From: a bacterium
Lineage (GTDB): Bacteria; Patescibacteriota; Minisyncoccia; Phycocordibacterales; UBA6899
Direction of reading: 5' to 3'
Length of the DNA stretch: 64,000 nt
Assembly: GCA_021851895.1 (NCBI GenBank)
Contig: JAJZQJ010000005.1
Coordinates: 14,572 to 78,571, forward strand
Shown: piece by piece, positions 29,851 to 39,471 of the stretch
Layout of the letters: each line of letters begins with the position of its first letter
Numbering within the stretch: the stretch's first letter is position 1
Position numbers and translations under genes: made by a program
Notes under the pieces: model-generated
The model's input: only the letters and a program-made list of their open reading frames with translations
Told to the model about the DNA's origin: nothing
The model's database searches: none

Positions 29851-30522
29851 CTACTTTTTTAGTGCGAGTCTATCAAAAAGTAAAGGAATATTATACTTCT
29901 TCTCTGCTGAAGCGGGTATGACCTCGATATCAGGATATGCATTCTTAAAATCTCGCAGTGCATGAACTGCCTCCGACTGATTCAGCTTATCCCACTTATT
30001 GAGCACTACAAGCAATGGGTGCCCCTCGTTACGAACAACGTCGATGAGCTCACGATCCTGATCGGTCACTCCAACGCGTGCATCGAGTATGAGCAAAACG
30101 ATCTTCGGACGCACCTCACCACCACCGAGATACCATAAGATATGCTTTCGAATCTTCTCAGCGATAGGAATCGGTAACTTCGCATATCCATACCCAGGAA
30201 GATCGACGACGAATAGTCGATCATCAACGGTATAGAAGTTGATCTCTTGTGTCTTTCCCGGTGTCGCTGAGACGCGCGCAAAAACACCTCCGAGCAGTGC
30301 ATTGATGATCGAAGATTTACCAACATTTGAACGTCCCACAAATGCGATCTGAGGGTACGGCATTCCAAGTATTGGATCAGAGCCGTGAATCCCACGCGTG
30401 AATTGCACACGTAATCCCTCCCTTCCTCCGCCTGCTTTCATCGAACCAGAGGGTCCGATCTTTCCAAAATTACGTGGAGCAACACTTCCTGAATTCTTCG
30501 CATGTCCGCGCTGTGCTTTCAT
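29851..30522 (-). CDS. engB: Ribosome biogenesis GTPase YsxC/EngB
   Basis: GRSNVGKSS, PGKT, DLPGYGYAK, NKWD. Confidence 0.95.
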   Translation of the reverse strand: MKAQRGHAKNSGSVAPRNFGKIGPSGSMKAGGGREGLRVQFTRGIHGSDPILGMPYPQIAFVGRSNVGKSSIINALLGGVFARVSATPGKTQEINFYTVDDRLFVVDLPGYGYAKLPIPIAEKIRKHILWYLGGGEVRPKIVLLILDARVGVTDQDRELIDVVRNEGHPLLVVLNKWDKLNQSEAVHALRDFKNAYPDIEVIPASAEKKYNIPLLFDRLALKK

Positions 30523-30543
30523 CGCTGCACCATAACACAAGAT

Positions 30544-30711
30544 GAGGGAATAGGGAATAGGGTATAGGGAATAGGGAAATTCAAAGAATGTTACAGAACT
30601 ATAATTTTTCACTAATGAACTCCAAAGAAGTCAATGATAGTGTTTCCTCACGACACCTGCACTTTCAAGCATTTTCAGCCCTATACCCTATTCCCTATTC
30701 CCTATTCCCTG
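30544..30711. repeat. Inverted heptamer arrays (TAGGGAA)x5 ... (TTCCCTA)x5
   Basis: Arrays at 30544-30578 and 30677-30711, in the divergent engB/hisS intergenic region. Confidence 0.9.
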
Positions 30712-30724
30712 GTATTATGATTGC

Positions 30725-32092
30725 ATGTCTGATTTTCCAAAAAATCTCCTCCAGAGTCCGAGCGGATTCCCTGAACTCCTCCCAAACGAGGCGATCGCAC
30801 AGCAAAAGGTCATCGACGTGATCCGTAAGCACTATGAGCGCGCCGGCTTCGTACCCATCGAAACCCCTCTCGTTGAACGAGAAGAGGTACTTACCGCGAA
30901 ATCAGAGGGTGAGATCGGTACGCAGATGTACGGCTTGCGCCTCATGAATCCGGCGAAGGACTCACCGACCGACACAAAGGATCTCGTACTTCGCTATGAC
31001 CACACCGTACCTATGGCACGATTCGTCGCAGCTCACCAAAGAGAGATCACTTTCCCATTTCGACGCTTTGCGATCGGCCCTGTATTTCGCGGAGAGCGCC
31101 CTCGAGAAGGTCGTTATCGTCAATTCATCCAAGCAGATATTGATGTCATTGGTGATGGCATCCTCGACAACCTTCACGATGCAGAGATTGTGAGTGTGAT
31201 CGCGAATATCTTCACAGAACTTTCGATCGGCGACTTCACCATCCGCATCGGCAACCGAAAACTGTTGCAAGGCATACTCTCCTCAACAGGCATCAACGAT
31301 AGCCAGATCGCCGAAGCACTTCTCGTAATCGATCACATGGAGAAAGTGAGCGCGGAAGACACCATACATGCACTTGTCCGCTGTGGCATGACCGAAACAA
31401 CCGCAAAAGATGTCATTACCACACTCTCGGACAGTAGAGACTCCGATGAACAACTTGCCTCACTGAAAGAGCGATCTCTCGATGAACTTTACAAGCAAGG
31501 AGTCGGCGAGATCGAGGCTCTCATTAATGGCCTTCGCGCACTCGGTGTGTCAGAGCGTCATTTCACTATCGACCTTTCGATAGCTCGCGGTCTCGCATAT
31601 TACACAGGAAATGTCTTTGAAACGAGACTCGATAACCATGCCGATATTGGCAGTATCGCATCGGGTGGCCGCTATGACGATCTGGCGAGTACGTTCATCG
31701 ACAAGCGACTGCCTGGAGTCGGTATCTCTATCGGCGTATCACGTATATTGCCGAGACTCATCAAAACAGGATTGCTCAGTGCAGACATTTCGACAACGGC
31801 TCCCGTCATCATTACGACTGCATTACCGCTTGAAGCGCATGGCGCTATCTACCTCAGACAAGCCGCACTATTACGAGCTGCTGAAATTTCAACCGAAGTC
31901 TACTTAACAGACAGAGCACTCGGAAAAGAGCTCGAATATGCGAACAAGCGAGGATTCATCATCGCGCTCATCACGGGTGAGCAAGAACTCGCAAAAGGAA
32001 CGATCATCGTCAGAGACCTTCGCTCGGGAAACCAAGTTGAAGTGCATGAACAAGCACTTGTCGAAACAGTGCGATCGATGATGGGTGCATGA
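30725..32092 (+). CDS. hisS: Histidine--tRNA ligase
   Basis: LRYDHTVP, FRGERPREGRYRQFIQAD, ARGLAYYTG, GGRYD. Confidence 0.97.
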   Translation: MSDFPKNLLQSPSGFPELLPNEAIAQQKVIDVIRKHYERAGFVPIETPLVEREEVLTAKSEGEIGTQMYGLRLMNPAKDSPTDTKDLVLRYDHTVPMARFVAAHQREITFPFRRFAIGPVFRGERPREGRYRQFIQADIDVIGDGILDNLHDAEIVSVIANIFTELSIGDFTIRIGNRKLLQGILSSTGINDSQIAEALLVIDHMEKVSAEDTIHALVRCGMTETTAKDVITTLSDSRDSDEQLASLKERSLDELYKQGVGEIEALINGLRALGVSERHFTIDLSIARGLAYYTGNVFETRLDNHADIGSIASGGRYDDLASTFIDKRLPGVGISIGVSRILPRLIKTGLLSADISTTAPVIITTALPLEAHGAIYLRQAALLRAAEISTEVYLTDRALGKELEYANKRGFIIALITGEQELAKGTIIVRDLRSGNQVEVHEQALVETVRSMMGA

Positions 32093-32118
32093 TTAGAATT
32101 ATGTTATACTCACAAAAT

Positions 32119-32865
32119 ATGAATAACGAACAAAACGCGCAAAACACAGCAGCCACAACTGCAGCGAAGTCGAACCCCTTCGCAATACCTGCTGCGATCA
32201 TCATCGCAGGAGGACTTATCGCAACTGCAGTGCTCATTTCGGGTTCCAAGGGTCCTTCGCCCGCAGCAGCTGCGAACGCAGGTGCACCGCAGCCAAGTGC
32301 AACAGTGAGTGCAGCTGAGCTCGCATTGCGCCCAGATGACCACACCCTTGGCAATCCAAAAGCTGATATCGTTCTCGTGGAGTGGTCTGACCTCGAATGC
32401 CCATTCTGTAAGCGCCATCATGATACGATGAATCAGCTTGTCAAAGAGTTCAACGGAAAGGTTGAGTGGGTTTACCGCCACTACCCTCTTGATTTCCATA
32501 CCTATGCAAAGAAGGAGGCAGAAGGAGCAGAATGTGCGAATGCGATCGCAGGACCGACTGGTTTCTGGAATTTCGTTGACACCCTCTACTCAGTGACGAA
32601 CGGAAACAACTCTCTTGATCGTTCAAAGCTCGACGCGATCGCAAAGACCGCGAACATCGACGCTGCTCAGTTCTCCGCTTGTCTCGATAGCGGCAAGATG
32701 GCTGATCGCGTGAAGGAAGATATCGACAACGGCGTACGCGCTGGAGTCCAGGGTACTCCATTCACTGTCGCATACAATAGAAAGACAGGAAAGCAGACGA
32801 GCATAAATGGAGCGCTTCCACTCGAAGCAGTGAAAGCACAGCTCGCTCAGATCGGACTCGAATGA
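32119..32865 (+). CDS. DsbA-family oxidoreductase, membrane-anchored
   Basis: EWSDLECPFC, YRHYPL, GVQGTP. Confidence 0.92.
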   Translation: MNNEQNAQNTAATTAAKSNPFAIPAAIIIAGGLIATAVLISGSKGPSPAAAANAGAPQPSATVSAAELALRPDDHTLGNPKADIVLVEWSDLECPFCKRHHDTMNQLVKEFNGKVEWVYRHYPLDFHTYAKKEAEGAECANAIAGPTGFWNFVDTLYSVTNGNNSLDRSKLDAIAKTANIDAAQFSACLDSGKMADRVKEDIDNGVRAGVQGTPFTVAYNRKTGKQTSINGALPLEAVKAQLAQIGLE

Positions 32866-32897
32866 TCCGATATAAAAAATGGACCTAGGTCCATTTT

Positions 32898-33188
32898 TTA
32901 TAACCCCAAGATGGCACGCAGATCTTGCGGAGGATTCCACGGTGGATCGAAGGTAACGGTAATGCAGACTGGTAATCCAGATAGCGCACCCGCTTTACGT
33001 ACTGCATCCTCGATTTCGCGAGCATACGGACAGAGGGGCGTGGTTAGTGTCATAAGTATAGATACGCCATCCTCCTCAACCCGAACGTCATATATCAATC
33101 CAAGCGTATAAATGTCGATATGCAACTCAGGGTCCTCGACATGCCGCAATGCTTCGATCACGAGTTTCTTCAGTCCCTCTTCATTCAT
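32898..33188 (-). CDS. Metal-sulfur cluster assembly factor (SufT/DUF59)
   Basis: DPELHIDIYTLGLIY, MTLTTPLCP, FDPPW. Confidence 0.92.
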   Translation of the reverse strand: MNEEGLKKLVIEALRHVEDPELHIDIYTLGLIYDVRVEEDGVSILMTLTTPLCPYAREIEDAVRKAGALSGLPVCITVTFDPPWNPPQDLRAILGL

Positions 33189-33939
33189 ACGCATTTTTTG
33201 ATATTCCGGAAAAACCGTTCTTTTCGATCTCATGAACCAGAGAGAGGTCTCCCCTCTCGACGATGTGACCTGATTCCATAACAAGCACACGATGAGGGGC
33301 GAGGTCTTTCACCGCCCCTATATGATGCGAGATGAGTATGATACCGACACCTCGCCCAAGGAGATGCTGGATGATGTGTCGCAACTTCCGCTGCATATCG
33401 ATATCCATCCCCGCATCGATCTCATCAAGAAAAACATAACGCGGAGACAGTGCAAGGATCTGCAGTAGCTCCGACTGCTTCCGTTCGCCACCCGAGATCC
33501 CTCTATTCACCTCACCGAGAAGCAACTCCTTTTTAAGCTCAAATTGCTCAGCAAGGACCACCATGCGCTGATGGAACTCCACAGGAGTCTCGGTGTCCTT
33601 TCCAAAGAGCTCGATACGCGCACGATAGAGCAAATTTGTGAGTGTCACACCAGGAATCTCTGGAAGCTGTTGCATCGAAAGGAAGAGACCCTTTCTCGCC
33701 TTCTCCTCCGTTTTCAATGAAGTTATATCCTCTCCGTCGAGGACGATTTCCCCACTTGTGAGTGCATAATCGGGATGCCCGAAAAGTCCATTCAAAAGCG
33801 TCGACTTCCCTGAACCATTTGCTCCAAGCAAAACAGTAAGTTCTCCTTTAGCGAACTCAATATCAATATCATGAACTACTGCCTTTCCCGCTACGGCGAT
33901 CGTGACCCCAAGAAGTCGCAATGATGCTGCCTCATTCAT
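33181..33939 (-). CDS. sufC: Fe-S assembly ATPase SufC
   Basis: GANGSGKST, GHPDY, RARK-like motif, SGGERK; suf operon context. Confidence 0.92.
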   Translation of the reverse strand: MNEAASLRLLGVTIAVAGKAVVHDIDIEFAKGELTVLLGANGSGKSTLLNGLFGHPDYALTSGEIVLDGEDITSLKTEEKARKGLFLSMQQLPEIPGVTLTNLLYRARIELFGKDTETPVEFHQRMVVLAEQFELKKELLLGEVNRGISGGERKQSELLQILALSPRYVFLDEIDAGMDIDMQRKLRHIIQHLLGRGVGIILISHHIGAVKDLAPHRVLVMESGHIVERGDLSLVHEIEKNGFSGISKNAYE

Positions 33940-35023
33940 ATGCTTTCAAACATTTATGTAGCCGCCCCAAAAAGCCTTTCGATAAATTTCGCGGAGAAAA
34001 GAATCCTTCAAGTGCTAATAAACGCGCTTCAGGAAGCGGTATGCCCTTTGTTTGCGCATAGAAAAGCTCTTCGTCTTTTATATGTGTGATCGACAACTCA
34101 TGTGCGACATTCGTATGTCGGTCAAGCACGTCAATAGCAGGAGTCGCTTCGACGCCTGCAGAGTCATTAAGGAGCAAGAAGCGTGCACTTTCCCTTGCGC
34201 TAACCGCGATATCTCCTTCTTTGGTTGCCGTATGCCCTGAGTATGTGATATGAGCACTTCCCGCTATGGCACCTGCGACGGAAATATTTCCTTCCGCCTC
34301 TTTGCTACGTACATCGATGCGGTCAGCGATCGTGAAGCGACCAGTAGCGTCCGCGAGCAATGCATGATCGATCACGGATCGCGACCCATCTCCAATCAAC
34401 ATACTTGCGGTCTCGATGCGACAATCAGAAGAGCTGGCTACTTCATCGAGAAAACGCACCTGTGCCATTGCACCCACAAGACCATAGCGCTGAAAGTCGA
34501 CAGACAGGCCTTTAACATCGACCACATTTGCGAGCTCCACAGAACTTCCCTCTTCAGTAAGAACGACACACAATCGCGAAAAACGCGCACCTCTGTCTCG
34601 CTCGATAACCTTATCGACAACACGAACATGCGCACCAGTCTTTGCGATAATAATGAGCAGGTCTGCACCCATATGACCAGAAACAGTAGTCTCAATAACA
34701 GCATGCTGTTCGATTGCAATGCCAGTATCATCGATCTTCGGTTGTGCATAAAAGACAAGACCACTCGAGATAGAGCTCCGTGCATGTGCAGCCGCTTCAT
34801 CCACAGGGTTTGGGAGCAATGCGCTCGAGAGCAATCCTTCGACGAGCTCTCGTATACCTTCGGTCTCGAATGCTTCTTTCAATGTATAGAGCTCAAGTTC
34901 TTTATCTATCTGTTCGATGCGATACTCTGGAAGATGGGCGACATCAGTGTTCGGTACGTATGTTTTATCCATGCTCTTCTTCCATGCAATGAACCAACTC
35001 GGCTCTCGTAAAATATTTTCCAT
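33932..35023 (-). CDS. sufD: SufD-family protein (divergent)
   Basis: Lies between sufB and sufC; LLLND, AHELSI, LFYAQTKGI. Confidence 0.8.
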   Translation of the reverse strand: MENILREPSWFIAWKKSMDKTYVPNTDVAHLPEYRIEQIDKELELYTLKEAFETEGIRELVEGLLSSALLPNPVDEAAAHARSSISSGLVFYAQPKIDDTGIAIEQHAVIETTVSGHMGADLLIIIAKTGAHVRVVDKVIERDRGARFSRLCVVLTEEGSSVELANVVDVKGLSVDFQRYGLVGAMAQVRFLDEVASSSDCRIETASMLIGDGSRSVIDHALLADATGRFTIADRIDVRSKEAEGNISVAGAIAGSAHITYSGHTATKEGDIAVSARESARFLLLNDSAGVEATPAIDVLDRHTNVAHELSITHIKDEELFYAQTKGIPLPEARLLALEGFFSPRNLSKGFLGRLHKCLKAYE

Positions 35024-35034
35024 ATGTTATCTCA

Positions 35035-36408
35035 TTATGATAATGCCTTGTGCGGCGAACGTCGAGACTCGCCCTCAAGAAACTCGATATCGATGAGTCT
35101 ATTGAATTCAACTGCATATTCGAGCGGCAACTCCTTTATGATCGGATGAAGAAAGCCTCCGATGAGCACTCGCATCGCTTCACGCTCACTGAAACCGAGA
35201 TGCTTCAGATAGAACAATGCGTCATCATTCACTCTCCCAACTCGAGCCTCATGAGAGACCGAGGATGTGCTCCCGCACACGCGGGTAACAGGAAACGCAT
35301 AGGACCGAGACTCACCATCAAGTAGCAGCGTATCGCAGACCACATGCGCAAGCGCATGTCGCGCAGAACCATGCACGTCGACCAAGCCGCGATATCCCAC
35401 CACACTACCTCCGCTCGCGATCGATCTCGAAATGATCGATGCGCTTGTATCCGCACCAAGAAGTATTGCTTTCGCGCCAACATCTTGCACCTGACCATCA
35501 CCTCCAACAACGATACTCAGTGATTCGCTATGGGAACGATCACCGAGAAGTATAGAGGAAGGATAGAGCATGCTCACCTTTGCACCCATATTGCCGCTGA
35601 CCCACATCATGTTCCCATCTTCTGCAACGATAGATTTCTTCGTATTAAGATTATAGGTATTCTTTGACCAGTTCTCGATAGAGATGTAACGCATCTCCGC
35701 GGACTTACCGACGAATATCTCCACACAACCCGCATGGAGCGATGCGGCGACATACTGCGGAGCGGAACACCCCTCGATATAGGTAAGACGCGCAGCCTCT
35801 TCAACGATGATAAGCGTATGCTCAAACTGTGCAGATCGCATCTTATTCATGCGAAAATATGCCTGTAGCGGAAGTTCAACAGCAACCCCATTTGGCACAT
35901 AGATGAATGTCCCACCACTCCAACATGCCGCGTGGAGCATGGAGAACTTATGCTCCTCAATACGCACGCATGAAGTCATAAAATGCTTCCGCACGATATC
36001 GGGATATTTTTTCACTGCTACATCCATGTCTTCGAAGATGACTCCCTTTGCTTCAAGAGATGCTTTGAGACGATGATACACTGCCCCAGAGTCGAACTGG
36101 GCCCCAACACCACCAAGGTATTCTCTTTCTGCCTTCGGTATGCCAAGTGCAACGAAGGTGTCGCGAATCTCATCCGGAACTTCTCCCCAATCTTCCGAAG
36201 CTCCATGAAGTGGCTCTGAATAATATGAGATATTCGCGAGATCGAGCCCCGAGAGATCAGGGCCCCACTTTGGCATTTCAGTCTCTTGCCATAATGCAAA
36301 TGCGCGAAGCCTCAGTTCGAGCATCCATTCAGGCTCCCCCTTACTACTTGAGATTTGGCGTACAGTATCCTCAACCAAACCGATATTGTGCTCATGAGGC
36401 CGATCCAT
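35035..36408 (-). CDS. sufB: Fe-S assembly protein SufB
   Basis: EPEWMLELRL, WSGGTFIYVP, QFEHTLI, YIEGCSAP, LPLEYAVE. Confidence 0.96.
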   Translation of the reverse strand: MDRPHEHNIGLVEDTVRQISSSKGEPEWMLELRLRAFALWQETEMPKWGPDLSGLDLANISYYSEPLHGASEDWGEVPDEIRDTFVALGIPKAEREYLGGVGAQFDSGAVYHRLKASLEAKGVIFEDMDVAVKKYPDIVRKHFMTSCVRIEEHKFSMLHAACWSGGTFIYVPNGVAVELPLQAYFRMNKMRSAQFEHTLIIVEEAARLTYIEGCSAPQYVAASLHAGCVEIFVGKSAEMRYISIENWSKNTYNLNTKKSIVAEDGNMMWVSGNMGAKVSMLYPSSILLGDRSHSESLSIVVGGDGQVQDVGAKAILLGADTSASIISRSIASGGSVVGYRGLVDVHGSARHALAHVVCDTLLLDGESRSYAFPVTRVCGSTSSVSHEARVGRVNDDALFYLKHLGFSEREAMRVLIGGFLHPIIKELPLEYAVEFNRLIDIEFLEGESRRSPHKALS

Positions 36409-36482
36409 GCATCGCACTATAGCAGATGCATAAAAAAATACACCCCCCATAAAGGGATGTATTTTCTTGCTTTCTTCAGTTA

Positions 36483-37646
36483 TTAGAACGTTGGGGTTGC
36501 CACGTAAATGAGATTCGTGTGGTAATCCGTCGCTGCCTCCTGGAGTGGGCTGATCTCAGTCTTGTAGTAGACAGTTGTCGTACCAAAGCCCTGACCGATA
36601 CCCGCTGTCGAAGATGCATTTCCGAACACAGATACTGGCGTTCCGCGAACGAAATCACCGGTATAGAGCTGTCCGCCAAATGAGTAGATACCACCCTGTG
36701 GGATCGCAGCGTCATCAGATGACACACCGATATGGCCCCATGTCGTATCATCGTTCACATTAGCGAGCGGTGCTGCCCATGCAGCTGGAGCTGATGCTGA
36801 GAATCCATCGATGATCGCACCATTCTGTGACTGGAATGGCTGATCAGAGACGACCGTAACATTGAAGCCCTGACGAGCATTGGTCTTCACCTGGAGTTCC
36901 TGTGCAGCAGTTTGTGCAACATTCACTGGGAGAATACCGTAATTGATTGTCGTAGTGCTCGAGTCTGTCGTGATCGCACCATACGTCGTTGGTGTCGTAC
37001 TTGCAACACCCGAGATAGTGAAATCAAAGATTGGATCAACCTGTGCGATAACATCAACATTCTCGACCAATGCAACGCGAATACGTGTCGACTGATTCGA
37101 TGTTATGTTGAAGAGCTCGATCATGTAATTCGCAGCCGTAGGTGTCGATGGCTGTGGATTCAAGATCATGTTGCCTGCAGTGTTACCGAGAGTGACCGTA
37201 TACACCGTAGAGGATGACATGACGCCATGACCTGCACACGGAGTAAGATCAACTTGGTCTGCAACCGCGACCGCAGAGAAATCGTCGGTTCCACAAGTTG
37301 CACCTACTGTCTTTCCAGCAACCGTGATGTCCGCAGCAGTCAATGTACTTGCGTCAAAGTTTGATGCATCCGGATTCGGATAGAACTTGAAGCTGAGTGC
37401 AGTACCTTCTGGAATATCGACCTTCGGCTGGAATACGAACTTGTGCGTAGAATACTGATTCAATGCACCAGTAGTGATACGCGCGTTGTTCAACGTATCG
37501 CTAACGTTTTGGATTGCGATTGTCATCGCAGATGCAGTGTGTGCTGCAAAGATCGCAGAAACCGTACTGATAACCATGAGAACACTGAGGAAAGCAGTGA
37601 ATGCCTTCTGTTCTCTGAAGTAAGCAAACAAATTTTTGTAATTCAT
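36483..37646 (-). CDS. Secreted WxL-like surface protein, paralog 1
   Basis: Signal peptide; ends ISPLQEAATDYHTNLIYVATPTF. Confidence 0.7.
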   Translation of the reverse strand: MNYKNLFAYFREQKAFTAFLSVLMVISTVSAIFAAHTASAMTIAIQNVSDTLNNARITTGALNQYSTHKFVFQPKVDIPEGTALSFKFYPNPDASNFDASTLTAADITVAGKTVGATCGTDDFSAVAVADQVDLTPCAGHGVMSSSTVYTVTLGNTAGNMILNPQPSTPTAANYMIELFNITSNQSTRIRVALVENVDVIAQVDPIFDFTISGVASTTPTTYGAITTDSSTTTINYGILPVNVAQTAAQELQVKTNARQGFNVTVVSDQPFQSQNGAIIDGFSASAPAAWAAPLANVNDDTTWGHIGVSSDDAAIPQGGIYSFGGQLYTGDFVRGTPVSVFGNASSTAGIGQGFGTTTVYYKTEISPLQEAATDYHTNLIYVATPTF

Positions 37647-37656
37647 AAGAACTATA

Positions 37657-37833
37657 CAAGCAGCGTTATGGGACACTGCTTAGGCGAATAAGCGTGGGCG
37701 CAAAAGTGTAATCGCAAATGCAAATACACCAGTGCTTTGGCGTTTTTCGACGACGCCATGGAAAGTGGAAAACCCGCAAACCTATGCGCCCCAGCGGATA
37801 CATACATCTACTGGCGGAGGATTTCCTCCTACT
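37657..37833 (-). ncRNA. Candidate structured 5' leader, copy 1
   Basis: Lies between TATAAT and the ATG; stems conserved and loops varied versus copy 2. Confidence 0.6.
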
Positions 37834-38025
37834 TGTAATTATACTACATATGTGAACAACTTACTGATAAACCTGTGGACAAGTACTAAAAGTGAATGCA
37901 TAGCATGGGGATAACACCTGCTCATCTACGTTGACGATCGGAAATAAGATGAAACCTCCCCCACCTGAACGGGAAAAACGCCCCCGTAGGGACGTTTTCT
38001 CCGTTTGCTTTCTTTAGGATTATGA

Positions 38026-39210
38026 TCAGAACGTCGGTGTAGCGACGTAGATGAGATTCGTGTGATAATCGGTTGCAGCCTCCTGAAGTGGAGTGACTTC
38101 CGATCGGTAGAAGACCGTAGTCGTACCAAGACCAACACCGAAACCTGCGGTCGACGACGCATTACCGAAGACAGACACAGGGATTCCCCGGACGAAGTCT
38201 CCGGTCCAATGGTCGCCACTAAGCGCCGCAGATCCAGGAATGTCCGCGTCATCACTCGAAACTGCGATGTGCCCCCAAGTCGTATCATCGCCAAGCAATG
38301 CTGCTGGTGCTGCATATGCCGTCGGTGCCCCTACAGTTGCAGGGAAACCATCGATGATCGCGCCGTTTGAAGACTGGAATGGCTGATCCGCAACGACGGT
38401 GACATTAAAGCCCGTCTTTGCATTCGTAATGACACGAAGTTCCTGCGCAGCAGTCTCCGGTGTGTTCACTGGGAATGCACCATAGGCGATGGTCGAGGTG
38501 GATGAGTCGATCGTAATCGGCTTACCATCGATCGTCGTACTACTTGCAACCCCTGATACTGTGAAATCAAATGCGGGATCAACAGATGCAGAAACCAAGA
38601 CACTGCTCACCAGTGCGACCAGGGTCGATGTGAACTGATTCGATGGACCAGCGATGTCTACCTGATAGGTGTATGCATCATACTGAGCTCCAGGTGCCGG
38701 GTTCGCGACCAGATGACGAGTCGAACTGCCGAACGTTACCGAAAATGGCGACGTCGAAGCGATCGTATTTCCTGGGCAGACTGAAAGTGCAAGCACGGAT
38801 GCACCTGGCGTGAAAGAGTAGTTCTCGCTGCCCGTACAGCTTGCGCCAACGATCTTGCCAGGAACATTCACGTCGAGCGCATCGATACCCGATGCATCGA
38901 AATTCGTTCCCGTATTCCCTCTTCCCATGCTTGCGTCATCAGCACGGAAAGTGAACGTGAGCGACTGACCCGCAGTGACATCGACCTTTGGCGTCAAGAC
39001 AAAGGTGTGTGCAGACGAATAGGTCGTCCCCGCCGTAGATAAACGCGCATTACTCAATGTGTCCGTCACATTGCCAAATGCGAGATATGCAGCCGAAGCG
39101 ACATGCGCCTCAAACGCAGCTGCAGATGAACCTATGATCACAATAATAGACAGAAAAGCGGAAAACGCCTTCTGCTCCCTAAAGAAAGCAAGGGATTGTG
39201 AATATTTCAT
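38026..39210 (-). CDS. Secreted WxL-like surface protein, paralog 2
   Basis: C-terminal half near-identical to paralog 1, N-terminal half divergent. Confidence 0.7.
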   Translation of the reverse strand: MKYSQSLAFFREQKAFSAFLSIIVIIGSSAAAFEAHVASAAYLAFGNVTDTLSNARLSTAGTTYSSAHTFVLTPKVDVTAGQSLTFTFRADDASMGRGNTGTNFDASGIDALDVNVPGKIVGASCTGSENYSFTPGASVLALSVCPGNTIASTSPFSVTFGSSTRHLVANPAPGAQYDAYTYQVDIAGPSNQFTSTLVALVSSVLVSASVDPAFDFTVSGVASSTTIDGKPITIDSSTSTIAYGAFPVNTPETAAQELRVITNAKTGFNVTVVADQPFQSSNGAIIDGFPATVGAPTAYAAPAALLGDDTTWGHIAVSSDDADIPGSAALSGDHWTGDFVRGIPVSVFGNASSTAGFGVGLGTTTVFYRSEVTPLQEAATDYHTNLIYVATPTF

Positions 39211-39220
39211 TAAAAACAAG

Positions 39221-39380
39221 TTAAACAGCGTTATGGGACACTGTTTAAACGTATAAGTGGGCGCAAAAGTGTGCCGAGTGGCACGCTGCGAGGCATCGAC
39301 AGATGCCGAAAGTGGAAAACCCGCTGCTTATGCGCACAAGAAGATCATTCGATCGACTTGTGGAGGACGGCCTCCTACAT
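39221..39380 (-). ncRNA. Candidate structured 5' leader, copy 2
   Basis: Shares GTAGGAGG..CCTCC, GCGGGTTTTCCACTTTC, ACTTTTGCGCCCAC and CAGTGTCCCATAACGCTG with copy 1. Confidence 0.6.
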
Positions 39381-39396
39381 GCAATTATACTACAGA

Positions 39397-39460
39397 TGTG
39401 AATAAATATGTGTATAAATATGTGGACAACACACAAAAAAACTGCACAACCTGTGGATAG
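39397..39460. promoter_or_regulatory. DnaA-box-like cluster
   Basis: TGTGAATAA 39397, TGTGTATAA 39409, TGTGGACAA 39421 (12-bp period), TGTGGATAG 39452. Confidence 0.6.
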
Positions 39461-39471
39461 GTCGCGCAGTA

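Noticed and set aside
26983-29862. Long plus-strand ORFs of 415 and 524 aa
   Set aside because: In-register antisense shadows of the 924-aa gene caused by codon bias; no motifs.
32898-36408. suf operon without sufS/sufE as a novelty
   Set aside because: Reduced suf sets are common and the missing genes may lie outside the window.
36483-38600. Assembly duplication of the two 397-aa ORFs
   Set aside because: Many synonymous differences and divergent N-halves indicate true paralogs.
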